Source: an uncultured bacterium
Lineage (GTDB): Bacteria; Desulfobacterota_D; UBA1144; Nemesobacterales; UBA2774
Length of the DNA stretch: 64,000 bases
Assembly: GCA_963705505.1 (NCBI GenBank)
Contig: CAVPJU010000006.1
Coordinates: 256,001-320,000, forward strand
Direction of reading: 5' to 3'
The position numbers were made by a program, and so were the translations under genes. Positions 44,519 to 55,915 of this stretch are shown here, one piece after another. Under the pieces are notes generated by a model. That model saw only the letters and a program-made list of their open reading frames with translations. It did not search any database and had not been told where the DNA came from. Numbering within the stretch: the stretch's first letter is position 1; every line of letters begins with the position of its first letter.

Positions 44519-45163
44519 CTATAAAATAATCAAATCGCCCGTCAAAAAGGGATTCGATCTCCTCTCTATTCCGATAGTTGTTGAGGGTCCGTGTCCGGGG
44601 TGGACGTCGTAGGAGTCCGGAAGAACCATAAGCTTTGTCTTGATGGAGCGGACAAGCTCTCTCATGGATGTACCCCCGGTAAGGTCCACCCTGCCGACAC
44701 TCCCTGCAAAAAGGGTATCCCCCGTTATGACCTGGTCATCTATTACGAGACAGATGCTTCCCCAGGTGTGGCCGGGAGTGTGCAGCACCTTCGCTCTCAG
44801 GTTTCCAATCTCTATTTCATCCCCCTCCTCGATATAACCCTCTATCTCGGGAACCTTTACGTCGCCGAACTGGGGGAACCTCATCGCGGATTCGGGAAGC
44901 GCCTGCAGGACCGGCTCCTCCTCCGGGTGTATATAAAATCCCACTCCCAAAGCTTTCTTCGCCTCTACCGCTCCCGCTACATGATCTATGTGAGTATGCG
45001 TATTGACGATCTTCGTGATATCCAGACCCGATCTCTTTACCTCCGCCAGGATGTCCTCGATCTGCTCGCCCGGGTCAATGAGAATCGCCTCGTTCGTCTC
45101 TTCGTCTCCTATGATGTAGCAATTGGTTAAAAAAATGCCTCCGGGAATGCATTTAATTATCAT
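44519..45163 (-). CDS. MBL-fold metallo-hydrolase (glyoxalase II-like)
   Basis: THTHIDH, HTPGHT, GDTLF, PGHG. Confidence 0.92.
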   Translation of the reverse strand: MIIKCIPGGIFLTNCYIIGDEETNEAILIDPGEQIEDILAEVKRSGLDITKIVNTHTHIDHVAGAVEAKKALGVGFYIHPEEEPVLQALPESAMRFPQFGDVKVPEIEGYIEEGDEIEIGNLRAKVLHTPGHTWGSICLVIDDQVITGDTLFAGSVGRVDLTGGTSMRELVRSIKTKLMVLPDSYDVHPGHGPSTTIGIERRSNPFLTGDLIIL

Positions 45164-45184
45164 TTTTTAATCTCACCGCCGCCG

Positions 45185-45460
45185 CTATTCGACCGTGAAT
45201 TCGGAAAATTCATCCAGAAAGCGCTCCCATTCTATTTCTACGTTATTAACCACAGCATGTCTCGGGCCCATATGAGACCATGCTACAAGCTTATCGAGTT
45301 CTTCTCTCAAACCTTCCGCCACCACTTCGACGGAACCGTCAGGGTTATTCCTCACCCAGCCTTTAAGTCCGAACTCTCTCGCCTTATCCATAGTCGATGC
45401 TCTGAAGAATACCCCCTGAACCCTCCCTTGAATTTTAAGGCGCACTCTGCTTTTGGACAT
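45185..45460 (-). CDS. acyP: Acylphosphatase
   Basis: GRVQGVFFR, GWVRNNPDGSVE. Confidence 0.95.
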   Translation of the reverse strand: MSKSRVRLKIQGRVQGVFFRASTMDKAREFGLKGWVRNNPDGSVEVVAEGLREELDKLVAWSHMGPRHAVVNNVEIEWERFLDEFSEFTVE

Positions 45461-45715
45461 TTCATAAGCTCAGATTACCAAAACGCCGATTTTGTGTCAA
45501 TTAATACACAGCGCTCACCGTAAATTTCATAATTCCCAGAATACTTATGATCTAATTTTTAGAACTTCCTTTAATTATACACACTACACCAATTCTGTAA
45601 AAATTACCAGTAACAACAAGCATCAATTATATAAGAGATCCCGATTCATCGGCAATGGCGGACTCGACACGGCTATGTTTGACAGTCAAAATCCGAAGGG
45701 GTATTTTGTTTATCT

Positions 45716-47050
45716 ATGAGTAAATACAGGGCCTGGTTCAGCTGTATAGATGAAGACTGCGGTGAAACATACCCTCTTAATGAAATAATTTACCGCTGCA
45801 GACGGTGCGGAAGCCTCCTGGAAGTAACACACGATATCGATACGCTGAAGGAAAAATCCGCGCAGGAATGGAAAAACCTGTTCGATAACCGCTACCGGAG
45901 GCAATCCTGGCCTTACGGGAGCTCCGTCTGGGGAAAGAAAGAGTGGGTATGCCCCTATGTGGATGACGACAACATAGTCTCGATGTATGAAGGGGCGACT
46001 AACCTCTTTTGGGCGGAAAGGTTCGGGAACCAGATAAAATTAGAAGACATATGGATAAAAATGTGCGGCAACAGCCATACCGGGTCGTTCAAGGACCTGG
46101 GCATGACGGTGCTCGTATCGGTTGTCAACCAGATGAAAGCCGAGGGCAAGGACGTACCGGCTGTGGCCTGCGCATCTACGGGAGATACGTCTGCGGCGCT
46201 TGCGGCCTATTGCGCATCGGCGGGTATTCCGGCGATCGTCTTCTTACCTAAAGACAAGGTCTCCATCGCCCAGCTCGTACAGCCCATATCTAACGGCGCC
46301 CTCGTATTGTCGCTCGACACGGACTTCGACGGATGCATGGAAATGGTGCAGAAGGTTTGCACGGAAAATAACATTTACCTTGCAAATTCCATAAACTCAC
46401 TCCGTATAGAGGGGCAAAAGACGATAAGCATCGAGCTCTGCCAGCAGTTTGACTGGGAGGTGCCGGACTGGATCATAATTCCCGGCGGCAACCTGGGCAA
46501 CATATCGGCGCTGGGGAAGGGGTTTTTGGTTATGAAGGAGCTGGGGCTTATCGACAAGCTCCCGAGACTGGTGTGCGCACAGGCCGAGCACGCTAACCCC
46601 CTTTACCTGAGCTATCTGAAAAATTTCGAGGAATTCCATCCGGTCAAAGCCCAGAAAACCCTGGCAAACGCAATCCAGATCGGAAACCCCGTAAGCGTGA
46701 ACAAGGCCATCAGGATACTCAAGGAGTTCGACGGTATAGTGGAGCAGGCGAGCGAAGACGAGCTTTCGAACGCCGCGGCGCTCGTCGACAAAACCGGGAC
46801 GTTCAACTGCCCTCACACCGGAGTCGCGCTTGCGGCCTTCCTCAAGCTGCACGAGAGAAAAATTTTTAAACCCACCGACAGAATCGTGATTATTTCAACA
46901 GCGCACGGCCTCAAGTTCGTCGAGTTCAAGATCGGTTATCACAAGGGCGAGCTCGAGGGCGTATTCTCCAAATACGCGAACAGACCCGTTGAGCTCCCGC
47001 CTGACTATAACGCGGTGACCGACGCGATATTCAAAGCTATCGGGAAATAG
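45716..47050 (+). CDS. thrC: Threonine synthase
   Basis: [13 protein letters not shown] lysine, [30 protein letters not shown]. Confidence 0.95.
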   Translation: MSKYRAWFSCIDEDCGETYPLNEIIYRCRRCGSLLEVTHDIDTLKEKSAQEWKNLFDNRYRRQSWPYGSSVWGKKEWVCPYVDDDNIVSMYEGATNLFWAERFGNQIKLEDIWIKMCGNSHTGSFKDLGMTVLVSVVNQMKAEGKDVPAVACASTGDTSAALAAYCASAGIPAIVFLPKDKVSIAQLVQPISNGALVLSLDTDFDGCMEMVQKVCTENNIYLANSINSLRIEGQKTISIELCQQFDWEVPDWIIIPGGNLGNISALGKGFLVMKELGLIDKLPRLVCAQAEHANPLYLSYLKNFEEFHPVKAQKTLANAIQIGNPVSVNKAIRILKEFDGIVEQASEDELSNAAALVDKTGTFNCPHTGVALAAFLKLHERKIFKPTDRIVIISTAHGLKFVEFKIGYHKGELEGVFSKYANRPVELPPDYNAVTDAIFKAIGK

Positions 47051-47125
47051 CAACGATACCGGATGGAAGAATTAAAAGGGCTTCGGAAAGTCCGTCCTGC
47101 ATAGCGCGTTATCCGGGGTTAGAAA

Positions 47126-48004
47126 TCAGCCTCCGAACCTCATCATCATATCCAGAACAAAATCGACGTTCGCGAAATCACTTATCTCATCGCTCCCGAA
47201 AGGTACCTGCACTCCCGCCCCGAAACTGAACATCCGCCCGCCGAACCTCACGCCCGGCGTGACATACGCGCCTGTCACGTTATTATCGAACGACGTTGAC
47301 GACGCCATCAAGAGCTCGACGAGAAACGAAGTGGAGAAGGGGAGGTTAAAATGAGGCGTAACGCTTCCGCTTATACCATATTTGAGAATAAGCTCGGTAT
47401 TATCGCCGCCGGTATCAAAGGGGCTCTCGTCCGCGTGCTTCGCGTTCGTCATAATATCGAAATCAAAATTCGCCTGGAGGGCGAAAACATCGCCGCCTAT
47501 TGCGAATACGCCGTAGGGTACGAATGTATAGGCGTCGTCGGTAAAGTAAGCGAAATCACGGAAATAGGATCGCGCGCCCAGCGCCCCTAAATTATTTCCG
47601 GTCGTCGGCAGGAGGACCTCAAAGCCGAGCGTGAACGCCGAGTTGTTGGAGCTCACGAGGGCATACTTCGTTCCGAGTCCGATATTCCCGAAGTCATAAT
47701 CGCCGTTTCCGAACACCCCGCTCGTCACGCCTGAAAAGGGGAACTTCGCATATATCCCGAAATAGTTATCGGATAAATTCAGGTCCGCTCTCAGCTGATT
47801 CATAATGAGCGCTCCCCCTCCGTCAACTGACGCGATTTCGAGATTCCCCCTCACTCCCGTCACGCTGTAGGGGTGTTCGAGGAAAAACGAGTAGGGGATT
47901 CCGCTGCTCGCCGCGCTTGCTCTATTTATAGGTGTGATTAGAATTGAAGATAATATGCAGATGGATAAAATCAGAGTCGAAATTGACACCTTCACCGTCC
48001 TCAT
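47126..48004 (-). CDS. Putative outer-membrane beta-barrel protein
   Basis: Signal peptide; alternating amphipathic strands rich in aromatic residues and Gly. Confidence 0.65.
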   Translation of the reverse strand: MRTVKVSISTLILSICILSSILITPINRASAASSGIPYSFFLEHPYSVTGVRGNLEIASVDGGGALIMNQLRADLNLSDNYFGIYAKFPFSGVTSGVFGNGDYDFGNIGLGTKYALVSSNNSAFTLGFEVLLPTTGNNLGALGARSYFRDFAYFTDDAYTFVPYGVFAIGGDVFALQANFDFDIMTNAKHADESPFDTGGDNTELILKYGISGSVTPHFNLPFSTSFLVELLMASSTSFDNNVTGAYVTPGVRFGGRMFSFGAGVQVPFGSDEISDFANVDFVLDMMMRFGG

Positions 48005-48210
48005 TTTGCCTCTACCTCCTCTTAATTTGCTAAAATTTTATAATATCCTCTAAAATATTTCAAACTGTTTCTAATATTACGCCATAACAATCCGGCATTA
48101 CATATTATTATGCGAATGATGCGCATTATTTAGAGAACTTTTGGTGAACGGCTAAAATGCTTTATGCCACATTTGCACAAATACCAAAACCCCGATAAAT
48201 TTCTAATGTT

Positions 48211-48858
48211 ATGAAGCATATGCTGAAAGGGCTATACGTAATCACGGATAAGAAGCTCATACCCAGGGACAAGTTCGTGACGACAGTGGAAAAGGCCATA
48301 AAGGGTGGCGCAAACGTAGTTCAATTAAGGGAAAAAGATACACCCGGGGATGAGGTCCTTAAGCTCGGAGAAGCCCTGCTGAAATTGACAAAAAAATACG
48401 GAGTTCCATTAATAATCAATGATTCTATAGAGTTAGCACAGGAGATAGGGGCCGACGGAGTGCATCTGGGCGAAGACGACCCACAGGTAGCTCATGCAAG
48501 GGAAGTACTAGGCAGCGATAAAATAATCGGCGTTTCGTGCTACGGTAAGATCGAAAGGGGATTGAACGCCGAAAGAGAAGGGGCCGATTATGTAGCCTTC
48601 GGGACCCCGTTCTTCACTCCCACCAAACCGGAAAGGACCCCTACTTCGTTCGATGTCCTGAGAGAGGCCGTTTCAAAAATAAAAAGTATTCCCATTTTTG
48701 CGATCGGAGGTATAACCCCTGAAAACGCCGATTCGGTCCTCGAAACCGGCGTCGATGGCATCGCTGTCATCACAGGCGTATTCGGATCAGATGACCCGGA
48801 AAAAGCCGCGAGGAATCTGGCAGAGATAGCTAAGAAACATTTGAGTAAAAGGAATTAA
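48211..48858 (+). CDS. thiE: Thiamine-phosphate synthase
   Basis: LYVITD, VQLREK, IIND, DGVHLG, TPTK, AIGGIT. Confidence 0.95.
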   Translation: MKHMLKGLYVITDKKLIPRDKFVTTVEKAIKGGANVVQLREKDTPGDEVLKLGEALLKLTKKYGVPLIINDSIELAQEIGADGVHLGEDDPQVAHAREVLGSDKIIGVSCYGKIERGLNAEREGADYVAFGTPFFTPTKPERTPTSFDVLREAVSKIKSIPIFAIGGITPENADSVLETGVDGIAVITGVFGSDDPEKAARNLAEIAKKHLSKRN

Positions 48859-48872
48859 CTTGAGAGAGCATA

Positions 48873-51359
48873 TTACACCACAATGTTAACCAATTTTTTC
48901 GGAACTATAATCACTTTCTTAGGCTCCTTTCCCGCTATATAACTCTTTACCTTCTCGTCGGCAAACGCGGCTTCCTTCATCTCCTCCTCGCCTATATCCG
49001 CATCCATCGTGAGCTGCCCCCTCACCTTCCCGTTCACCTGCACGACCACCGTTATCGCGGCGCCGGCCACGAGCTCTTTATTCCACTCGAGCCAGGGTTC
49101 ATCGACGAGCGATCCGTCGTATCCAAGCTCACTCCAGAGCTCCTCAGACACATGGGGGGCAATCGGGTAAAGGAGCCTCACCATTGCTTCGACCGCCTCC
49201 CTCACAACCTTCATATCCTCGCCGCTCGCGGGTTCGAAACGGGACGTATCGTTTAGAAGCTCCATAATTGCAGCAATTGCAGTATTGAACTGAAACTTTT
49301 CCAGGTCGTACGTAACCTTCTTTATCGTCTTATGCACGCCGGTGAGGAAATCTTTGCCGGGGCCGGATATTTTTTTCAGGTCGGGGGCTTTGCCCTTGAG
49401 GGGTTCGATTTTCGGGAACCTGTCGGAAACGAGCCGCCAGAGCCTGTTTAGAAACCTGAACGCGCCTTCTATCCCCTCATCGCTCCAGTCGAGGTCTTTC
49501 TGCACGGGGGCGGCAAAGAGCATGAAGACCCTCACCGTGTCGGCGCCATATTTTCTTATCATATCGTCAGGGTCGACGATGTTGCCGACGGACTTCGACA
49601 TCTTTGCGCCGTCCTTTATCACCATCCCCTGAGTGAGGAGGTTCGTAAACGGCTCGTCGAGGTTACACATCCCTAAATCTCTCAACACTTTCGTGTAGAA
49701 CCTCGCATATAAAAGGTGGAGTATTGCGTGCTCGATCCCTCCAATGTACCTGTCCACGGGAAGCCAGTACCCGACCTCCTTCCTGTCGAACATACCCTTA
49801 CTATAGTGAGGGGATGCGTACCTGAGGAAGTACCATGAGGACTCGACGAACGTGTCCATCGTGTCCGTCTCGCGCCGTGCCTTACCGCCGCACTTCGGGC
49901 ATACGGTATTTACGAAGCTCTCCGCTTTCGATAGCGGCGACCCGCCCTTCCCCGTGAACTCTATATCGAGCGGAAGCTCCACAGGGAGATCCTCGTCGGG
50001 AACGGGAACAACGCCGCACGTTTCGCAATAGACGATCGGTATGGGCGCGCCCCAGTACCTCTGCCGCGAAATCCCCCAGTCCCTGAGTCTGTAATTGACC
50101 CTTCTTATCCCGATCTTCTTTTTCTCTATAAATTCAATTATTTTTTCTTTGCCGGCTTCTGAAGGCAGTCCTGAGAACTGCCCCGAATTGACCATAACGC
50201 CGGGGTCTTCATAGGCTTCGGTCATATCCTCCGGGCGGAGCTCCGTTCCTTCCGGCTGTATTACCGGCATTATGGGAAGGCCGTACTCCCTGGCGAACTC
50301 GAAGTCCCTCTGGTCGTGTGCCGGGACGCACATTATGATTCCTGTCCCGTACTCGATGAGCACAAAATTGGCTATGTATATCGGGACGCGGAGACCGTTG
50401 AAAGGATTTATGGCGAAAGCACCGGTGAAGACGCCCTCTTTTTTCGCCCCTTCGGCTATCCTTTCGAGGCTGCTCTGTTTCGTGACCCTTTTTATAAATT
50501 CGAGCGCCTGCTTCTCTTCGGATTTACCTTTGATTAGCTCAGCCGCAAGAGGATGCTCGGGCGCGATGCTCATATACGTGACGCCGAAGACGGTATCGGG
50601 GCGTGTCGTGAATATCCTGAGGCTCTTTTCACCACCGACGGGCGTTTCAAGAGGGAAATCAATCTCCGCGCCTGTGCTCTTGCCGATCCAGTTCTTCTGC
50701 ATGGCGAGAACCCTCTCGGGCCAGCCGTCTTTCAGCTTTTCGGTCCATTCGAGCAGCTCCTCGGTATATTCAGTCGTCTTGAAAAACCACCCCTCCATGA
50801 CTTTCAATTCGACTACGGAGCCGCAGCGCCAGCAGAGCCCGTCCTCAACCTGCTCGTTCGCAAGCACTGTCTCGCACGAAGGGCACCAGTTGACCGTCGT
50901 CGATTTCCGGTACGCAAGCCCCTTCTCGTACATCCGCGTGAATACCATCTGCTCCCATTTGTAGTATGACGGGTCGCAGGTGGCAATCTCCCTCGTCCAG
51001 TCGTAGCTGAAGCCGAGCTGCTTAAGCTGCGCCTTCATCTGCGTGATATTCTCATAAGTCCACTTGGCGGGGTGCACGCCCCGGGCGATCGCGGCGTTCT
51101 CGGCGGGGAGCCCGAACGCGTCCCACCCGATCGGATGAAGCACGTTATACCCCATCGTGCGCTTGTACCGCGCGACGACGTCCCCTATCGTGTAGTTCCT
51201 GACGTGGCCCATGTGTATGCGGCCGGAAGGGTACGGGAACATCTCGAGGACATAGTATTTCTCCCTGTCCTTCTCCGCCCGGACCTCGTACATTTTTTTA
51301 TCGTCCCAGATGTCCCGCCACTTCTTTTCTATCTCTTCCGGTTTATAGCTCTCTTTCAT
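48873..51359 (-). CDS. leuS: Leucine--tRNA ligase
   Basis: MFPYPSG, HMGH, SRQRYWG, KMSKS. Confidence 0.98.
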   Translation of the reverse strand: MKESYKPEEIEKKWRDIWDDKKMYEVRAEKDREKYYVLEMFPYPSGRIHMGHVRNYTIGDVVARYKRTMGYNVLHPIGWDAFGLPAENAAIARGVHPAKWTYENITQMKAQLKQLGFSYDWTREIATCDPSYYKWEQMVFTRMYEKGLAYRKSTTVNWCPSCETVLANEQVEDGLCWRCGSVVELKVMEGWFFKTTEYTEELLEWTEKLKDGWPERVLAMQKNWIGKSTGAEIDFPLETPVGGEKSLRIFTTRPDTVFGVTYMSIAPEHPLAAELIKGKSEEKQALEFIKRVTKQSSLERIAEGAKKEGVFTGAFAINPFNGLRVPIYIANFVLIEYGTGIIMCVPAHDQRDFEFAREYGLPIMPVIQPEGTELRPEDMTEAYEDPGVMVNSGQFSGLPSEAGKEKIIEFIEKKKIGIRRVNYRLRDWGISRQRYWGAPIPIVYCETCGVVPVPDEDLPVELPLDIEFTGKGGSPLSKAESFVNTVCPKCGGKARRETDTMDTFVESSWYFLRYASPHYSKGMFDRKEVGYWLPVDRYIGGIEHAILHLLYARFYTKVLRDLGMCNLDEPFTNLLTQGMVIKDGAKMSKSVGNIVDPDDMIRKYGADTVRVFMLFAAPVQKDLDWSDEGIEGAFRFLNRLWRLVSDRFPKIEPLKGKAPDLKKISGPGKDFLTGVHKTIKKVTYDLEKFQFNTAIAAIMELLNDTSRFEPASGEDMKVVREAVEAMVRLLYPIAPHVSEELWSELGYDGSLVDEPWLEWNKELVAGAAITVVVQVNGKVRGQLTMDADIGEEEMKEAAFADEKVKSYIAGKEPKKVIIVPKKLVNIVV

Positions 51360-51501
51360 CGCGCGCTCGTCGACTCCGGTCGTTTATAATAAGGATAGAA
51401 ATATTTACCATAACCGGAGGCTTTGGACAAAGAATACGGATATTTTCGGGATATGGATTTTTCGGTCTAAACAGTGTTAATTATAGTAGGTATCGACCGA
51501 C

Positions 51502-52305
51502 ATGAGCCGTGAATCAGAGCTGAAAGGGATTATCGAGGACTTAAAGAGGCACCTCGAATTTCAGAAATACATGGGGGTCGGGAGAGTCCCGATAGAAAAA
51601 AAGGCTAAAGAAGAAACCATCCCGAAAGCTCCGGAGAAAGAACCCGTGAGAACACAGACGAAAGCGCCGGTCAAGGCCGGAGAGAAGGACGGCGTTATAA
51701 TAATAGAGCAGCAGTTCGACATATTCGACGCCTCCGCTAAAAAAATGACCCTTGAGGAAATAAGGGAGGAGATAGGCGACTGCACCCGGTGCAAGCTCCA
51801 CGAGGGGAGGACGAAGCTCGTATTCGGGGAAGGGAATCCCAAGGCGAGGCTCGTATTCGTCGGCGAAGGGCCGGGGAGGGATGAGGACTTGCAGGGACGC
51901 CCTTTTGTCGGCAGGGCCGGTCAGCTCCTCAACAAAATCATAGAGGCGATGGGGCTCAAGAGGGAGGACGTATATATATGCAACGTGGTGAAGTGCCGCC
52001 CGCCGGATAACAGGACGCCCGAGCCCGACGAGATGGCGACATGCGAGCAATTCCTCTTTAAGCAGATAAGGGCGATAGACCCGGTAGTTATAGTGTGTCT
52101 CGGGAGCACGGCCGCACAGTCGGTGCTTAAATCGAAGCTCAGCCTCGGGAGCCTCCGCGGGAAGTTCCATCAGTTCGGAAGAGCGAAACTTATGGTAACT
52201 TATCATCCTGCGGCGCTTCTCCGGAATCCGAATTTCAAGAAGCCGCTCTGGGAAGATATGCAGGTAGTGATGAAGGAGCTTGGAATTTCAAAACCGGGCG
52301 ATTAG
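51502..52305 (+). CDS. Uracil-DNA glycosylase family 4 (Fe-S)
   Basis: CTRCKL, GEGPG, PFVGRAG, VKCRPP, YHPAALLR. Confidence 0.94.
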   Translation: MSRESELKGIIEDLKRHLEFQKYMGVGRVPIEKKAKEETIPKAPEKEPVRTQTKAPVKAGEKDGVIIIEQQFDIFDASAKKMTLEEIREEIGDCTRCKLHEGRTKLVFGEGNPKARLVFVGEGPGRDEDLQGRPFVGRAGQLLNKIIEAMGLKREDVYICNVVKCRPPDNRTPEPDEMATCEQFLFKQIRAIDPVVIVCLGSTAAQSVLKSKLSLGSLRGKFHQFGRAKLMVTYHPAALLRNPNFKKPLWEDMQVVMKELGISKPGD

Positions 52306-52371
52306 CTCAGTGGATAGAGCGCAGGCCTCCGAAGCCTGAGGCCGGGGGTTCGAGTCCCCCATCGCCCGCCA
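52296..52371 (+). tRNA. tRNA-Arg (anticodon CCG)
   Basis: GGGCGAT/ATCGCCC acceptor stem, TAGCTCAGTGGATAGAGC D-arm, CAGGC-CTCCGAA-GCCTG anticodon arm, GGGGG-TTCGAGT-CCCCC T-arm, encoded CCA. Confidence 0.97.
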
Positions 52372-52671
52372 TAGTTTACCGAATATATAATTTTTATATG
52401 TGTTAGTCGATGCTATCTCCTGATATCAACTGCAGGATGCATTTTTTTCATGATTAGATCAGCATCTGCATAAGCGGATTGGACTATGGAAACACAGATC
52501 ATATGAGACGAAAATCGACTATGCGTTGAAAAAAAGAACTGTGAATTATATTAGAAAGGAATACATTTTGCGAACACTATATCTTTACAGGTAAGCATAT
52601 AGGCAGATGTCGATGTCTCATCAGGTTTAGAAATATGGATATCGTATTCGATTGGAAAATTAAACCTACTC

Positions 52672-53480
52672 TTAAGAATTAAGTAGAATCCTTCCTCCTA
52701 AACCGAATTCCAATAACTTTAAGAGCATAAGTATAATTACAAGTAAAGCGCTAAGACACCAGATAACAGAAAATATAAGATTAGTACGATGAAGTGAATG
52801 TATTTCCCGTGATAATTGATCGTCCTCTTAGTTTGATTTTATGGCGAACCGTTTCTAATTCATCTTTTATTCCATTTAACTGCGATTGGCCTGCCTTAGT
52901 CATTAGATTATATTCGACGAAAGCATCTGAGAATGCATGTAAGTATTCTTTGCGTTCGGCTCTTGAAGCAGTAGCGTTTGCAAGTACCTCTAAGATACTT
53001 CCGAAGATCGATGGAGCCGAAAATGGCCCATTTTCTACAGATGCAAGAACTATGGCGATGATTTGGCTTCTTTGAATAGATATGGCAATTTACGAGAATT
53101 AATTGTTTGAAGCTACCTGGCATCGATTTCCGCCAATTCATATAAATAGCAGGCAAGCCTGTTTTGCATTCATTCATACGATCAGATTTGGATAGTTTAA
53201 GATTCGTTTACATAGCAGACGAATGCTCAGGAAATATACTGCCGAGTCGATTATTAGATCTGAACAATCAAAGAATGTACCTATAATGCATCTATTAAGC
53301 GTATTGATTTGAAAACACGAATAATTATATGCTTACCACTCGCGTATATTGATACTCTTCCGGGAGCGATTGAATTTGATTCTCAATATCCGGAAGATGT
53401 TCCAACTGGATAAAAGAGTATCCTATTACACCAAGAAAGAATGTGACAAATGCCAATGCTAATTTTTGAGTACCATCCAT
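52672..53480 (-). pseudogene. Possible decayed membrane-protein gene inside the island
   Basis: Fragments in different frames: MDGTQKLALAFVTFFLGVIGYSF..., a helical middle piece (RSQIIAIVL...DELETVRHK) and C-terminal TM (LIFSVIWCLSALLVIILMLLKLL). Confidence 0.35.
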
Positions 53481-54140
53481 ATTAATATTCTGCGCTGGAA
53501 ATATGTACAGTCTCTATAGTTCTGTTTAATCTCCAAAGCTGAGCTTATTAGGTGCGATTTCCGTTACTCACGTATCGACTCCTCCGAGTGGAAAATCAAT
53601 AGATACATACTTGAAGATTAATATAGTATCGATTCTTTCACAACGGGCTGTTTGATAGTATCGAGATAAAATTCAAGCTATGTACAAAGACAGGCTTAAT
53701 AAGAGGTATAATGTTGACGAGGCTTGAGTATAGAATGTATAGGCTGGAGGTAGGGTAGGGTTCAAGACTCAAATGACCTAAAAATGCTCTATCAGCTTAT
53801 CCTTCCACTTTCAACCGGTCGAAACTTTTTTAAGAAAGCTCTGCACTGTGACAGCGTCCGTCTTTCGTCCGAAGTTCATAAATATCCATAAGGCTTGCTG
53901 AAGTCCGGCCTAGCCTTTCATTATCCAAGCGAAAGACCTGAGACCCATTCATTTACTCTAATAAGGTGTGTCACTATCCATGATGAAACATAAGGATACA
54001 ATGTCGTGAAAATGCCTGGCTGGCAATTTGGCTATGCGGTTATCTGCTGCGTATAAAATAAGAAATAAACAGACATGACGACTGTTACGTTTAGCCTGAA
54101 TTTGTATTAATAGGAATTGAAATCGACTCCAACCGTCTCT

Positions 54141-54180
54141 AAGCCTGAGGCCGGGGGTTCGAGTCCCCCATCGCCCGCCA
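54141..54180 (+). repeat. attR-like copy of the tRNA-Arg 3' half
   Basis: AAGCCTGAGGCCGGGGGTTCGAGTCCCCCATCGCCCGCCA identical to 52332-52371. Confidence 0.95.
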
Positions 54181-54433
54181 CCACTTTAATCAATACTCAG
54201 GGTTTGTTAAATCCGCTCACTTTCTTAAGCAGGATGGTCAAAATTTAAGTTAGTGTCCAAAAGTGTCCATAACCTCCCTACATTATAGACAATAATCCAT
54301 AATTGTTTTGCCAAGAATGCTATATATACCTGCAATACAATAGAACGTGGGATATTGCACCTCCTATTAAATAGACATGCTTGCATCCAAATGCCGACTT
54401 CGTGTGTCTAACTAATTTATCAGGAGAAGAAGA

Positions 54434-54868
54434 TTGAAAACGTTAATCTCTTTTATATTTATAATGCTCGTGACGACGTCTTTCTCGATTGCCCAAAGCA
54501 ATAAGGAGACGGAGTCAAGGCTTTTGGCAAAAGCTGAAACAGGGATTTCTACCGACAGGGATATCATTAAGGACGGCGATGTGTCTAAAAGGAATTTTGA
54601 AAATCCTGCAAACAAGAATGCTGAAATAAATTCCCCGTCTGCTTCCGGCTCAGATGAGCCCGGCCCTACGTCCACGGAGCTCAACGCAGGCTCGAGTGAT
54701 ATTTCGTTATTAGTCAAAAATGAACTGAAAGCGGAACAAAATCTTGATCTGACATACGAATCACCTTCACTGAAGGCTGAAGACCTTCCTCTGGTTATGT
54801 CAAGCGCAGATAAGAAAACTATAAGCGTCGTGATGCCGCCATTCCTGTATTTCAAGAAACAGTTCTAG
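54434..54868 (+). CDS. Exported hypothetical protein
   Basis: CAGGAG SD, TTG start, signal peptide, low-complexity polar body. Confidence 0.65.
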   Translation: MKTLISFIFIMLVTTSFSIAQSNKETESRLLAKAETGISTDRDIIKDGDVSKRNFENPANKNAEINSPSASGSDEPGPTSTELNAGSSDISLLVKNELKAEQNLDLTYESPSLKAEDLPLVMSSADKKTISVVMPPFLYFKKQF

Positions 54869-54969
54869 CAGCGAAGGTTATTCCGGCTGATAGTAGCTGC
54901 ACTCCGTAGTTCTTCATGTCATGGTTTTATTCGATGCTTCAATAAGCTAATATTAATAGACTTGCAGCC

Positions 54970-55440
54970 ATGTCTCGCCGATTCGTAGTACATGAGCATC
55001 ATTCGTCTCATTTACATTTCGACTTTCGTTTGGAAATGGGCGGAGTGCTCCGCTCATGGGCGATACCGAAAGGTCCCTCCATGGTTCCGGGTGAAAAAAG
55101 ACTGGCAATCGAAGTGGAAGACCATCCGCTCGAATATATCGATTTCGAGGGCATTATCCCGAGAGGCATGTACGGCGCAGGAGCAGTCGTAATTTGGGAC
55201 GAGGGGACATACGAATTGATAGCGAATGAAAGAGACAAGATAGAAATTATCATTAACGGAAAGAAACTACGCGGGGAATTCGATCTTGTGCGATTTAAAG
55301 GCAAGGGCAGGGAAAACCAGTGGCTGCTTATCAAACATAAGGATAGATATGCATCCCCTGACTGGAAGCTGGAAACGTGCTTGACCCAGGCTAAGATGTC
55401 CAATTTGAAAGAGCGTATTCCGCCCTGTGCTTTTAGTTAA
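54970..55440 (+). CDS. Stand-alone LigD 3'-phosphoesterase domain protein
   Basis: HFDFRLE, SWAIPKGP, EDHPLEY, YGAGAVVIWDEG, WLLIK. Confidence 0.9.
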   Translation: MSRRFVVHEHHSSHLHFDFRLEMGGVLRSWAIPKGPSMVPGEKRLAIEVEDHPLEYIDFEGIIPRGMYGAGAVVIWDEGTYELIANERDKIEIIINGKKLRGEFDLVRFKGKGRENQWLLIKHKDRYASPDWKLETCLTQAKMSNLKERIPPCAFS

Positions 55441-55489
55441 ATAGCAAAACCGAAGAGTACAAGCGCCCGGGTCGTTTTGACAGAAGTTC

Positions 55490-55915
55490 TCAGCTTTCGA
55501 GCACCGCGTCCATCGTGATATCGGCGTTGAGCACCCTGGAAACGGGACATCCTTTTTTCGCGTTATTCGCGGCTTTCTCGAACGTCTCTTTATCCGCTCC
55601 CGGCACCTTCGCCTTTACGTCCAGATGAACGGCTGTAATCGTAAACCCTGCATCCGTTTTTTCGAGCGAGACGGCAGCCGTCGTCCTGATACTTTCCGCC
55701 GTCAGGTTCAGCTTTCCCAATTCAGAGGAAAACGCCATCGAGAAGCAGCCCGCGTGAGCCGCCGCGATCAGCTCTTCGGGGTTCGTGCCCTTTCCGTCTT
55801 CAAAACGTGTCTTGAATGAATACTGGGTATCGGACAGGACTCCGCTCTCGGTCGAGATCGAACCTTTCCCGCTTTTTAAATCTCCTTTCCAAACCGCTGA
55901 AGCATTTCGTTTCAT
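55490..55915 (-). CDS. osmC: OsmC peroxiredoxin
   Basis: [19 protein letters not shown] and AKKGCPVS. Confidence 0.95.
   Translation of the reverse strand: MKRNASAVWKGDLKSGKGSISTESGVLSDTQYSFKTRFEDGKGTNPEELIAAAHAGCFSMAFSSELGKLNLTAESIRTTAAVSLEKTDAGFTITAVHLDVKAKVPGADKETFEKAANNAKKGCPVSRVLNADITMDAVLES

Larger units (their letters stand above)
52332..54180. mobile_element. Small integrase-less genomic island or remnant integrated at tRNA-Arg
   Basis: Exact 40-bp direct repeat of the tRNA 3' end (52332-52371 and 54141-54180) flanking AT-rich DNA without long ORFs. Confidence 0.8.

Noticed and set aside
48005..48210. TPP riboswitch upstream of thiE
   Set aside because: No CTGAGA core or matching stems; a promoter-like sequence abuts the start
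54434..54868. Second arrest-peptide candidate (signal peptide, spacer, MPP near the C-terminus)
   Set aside because: Lacks the Arg of RAPP-like motifs and no SD-sequestering pairing was evident
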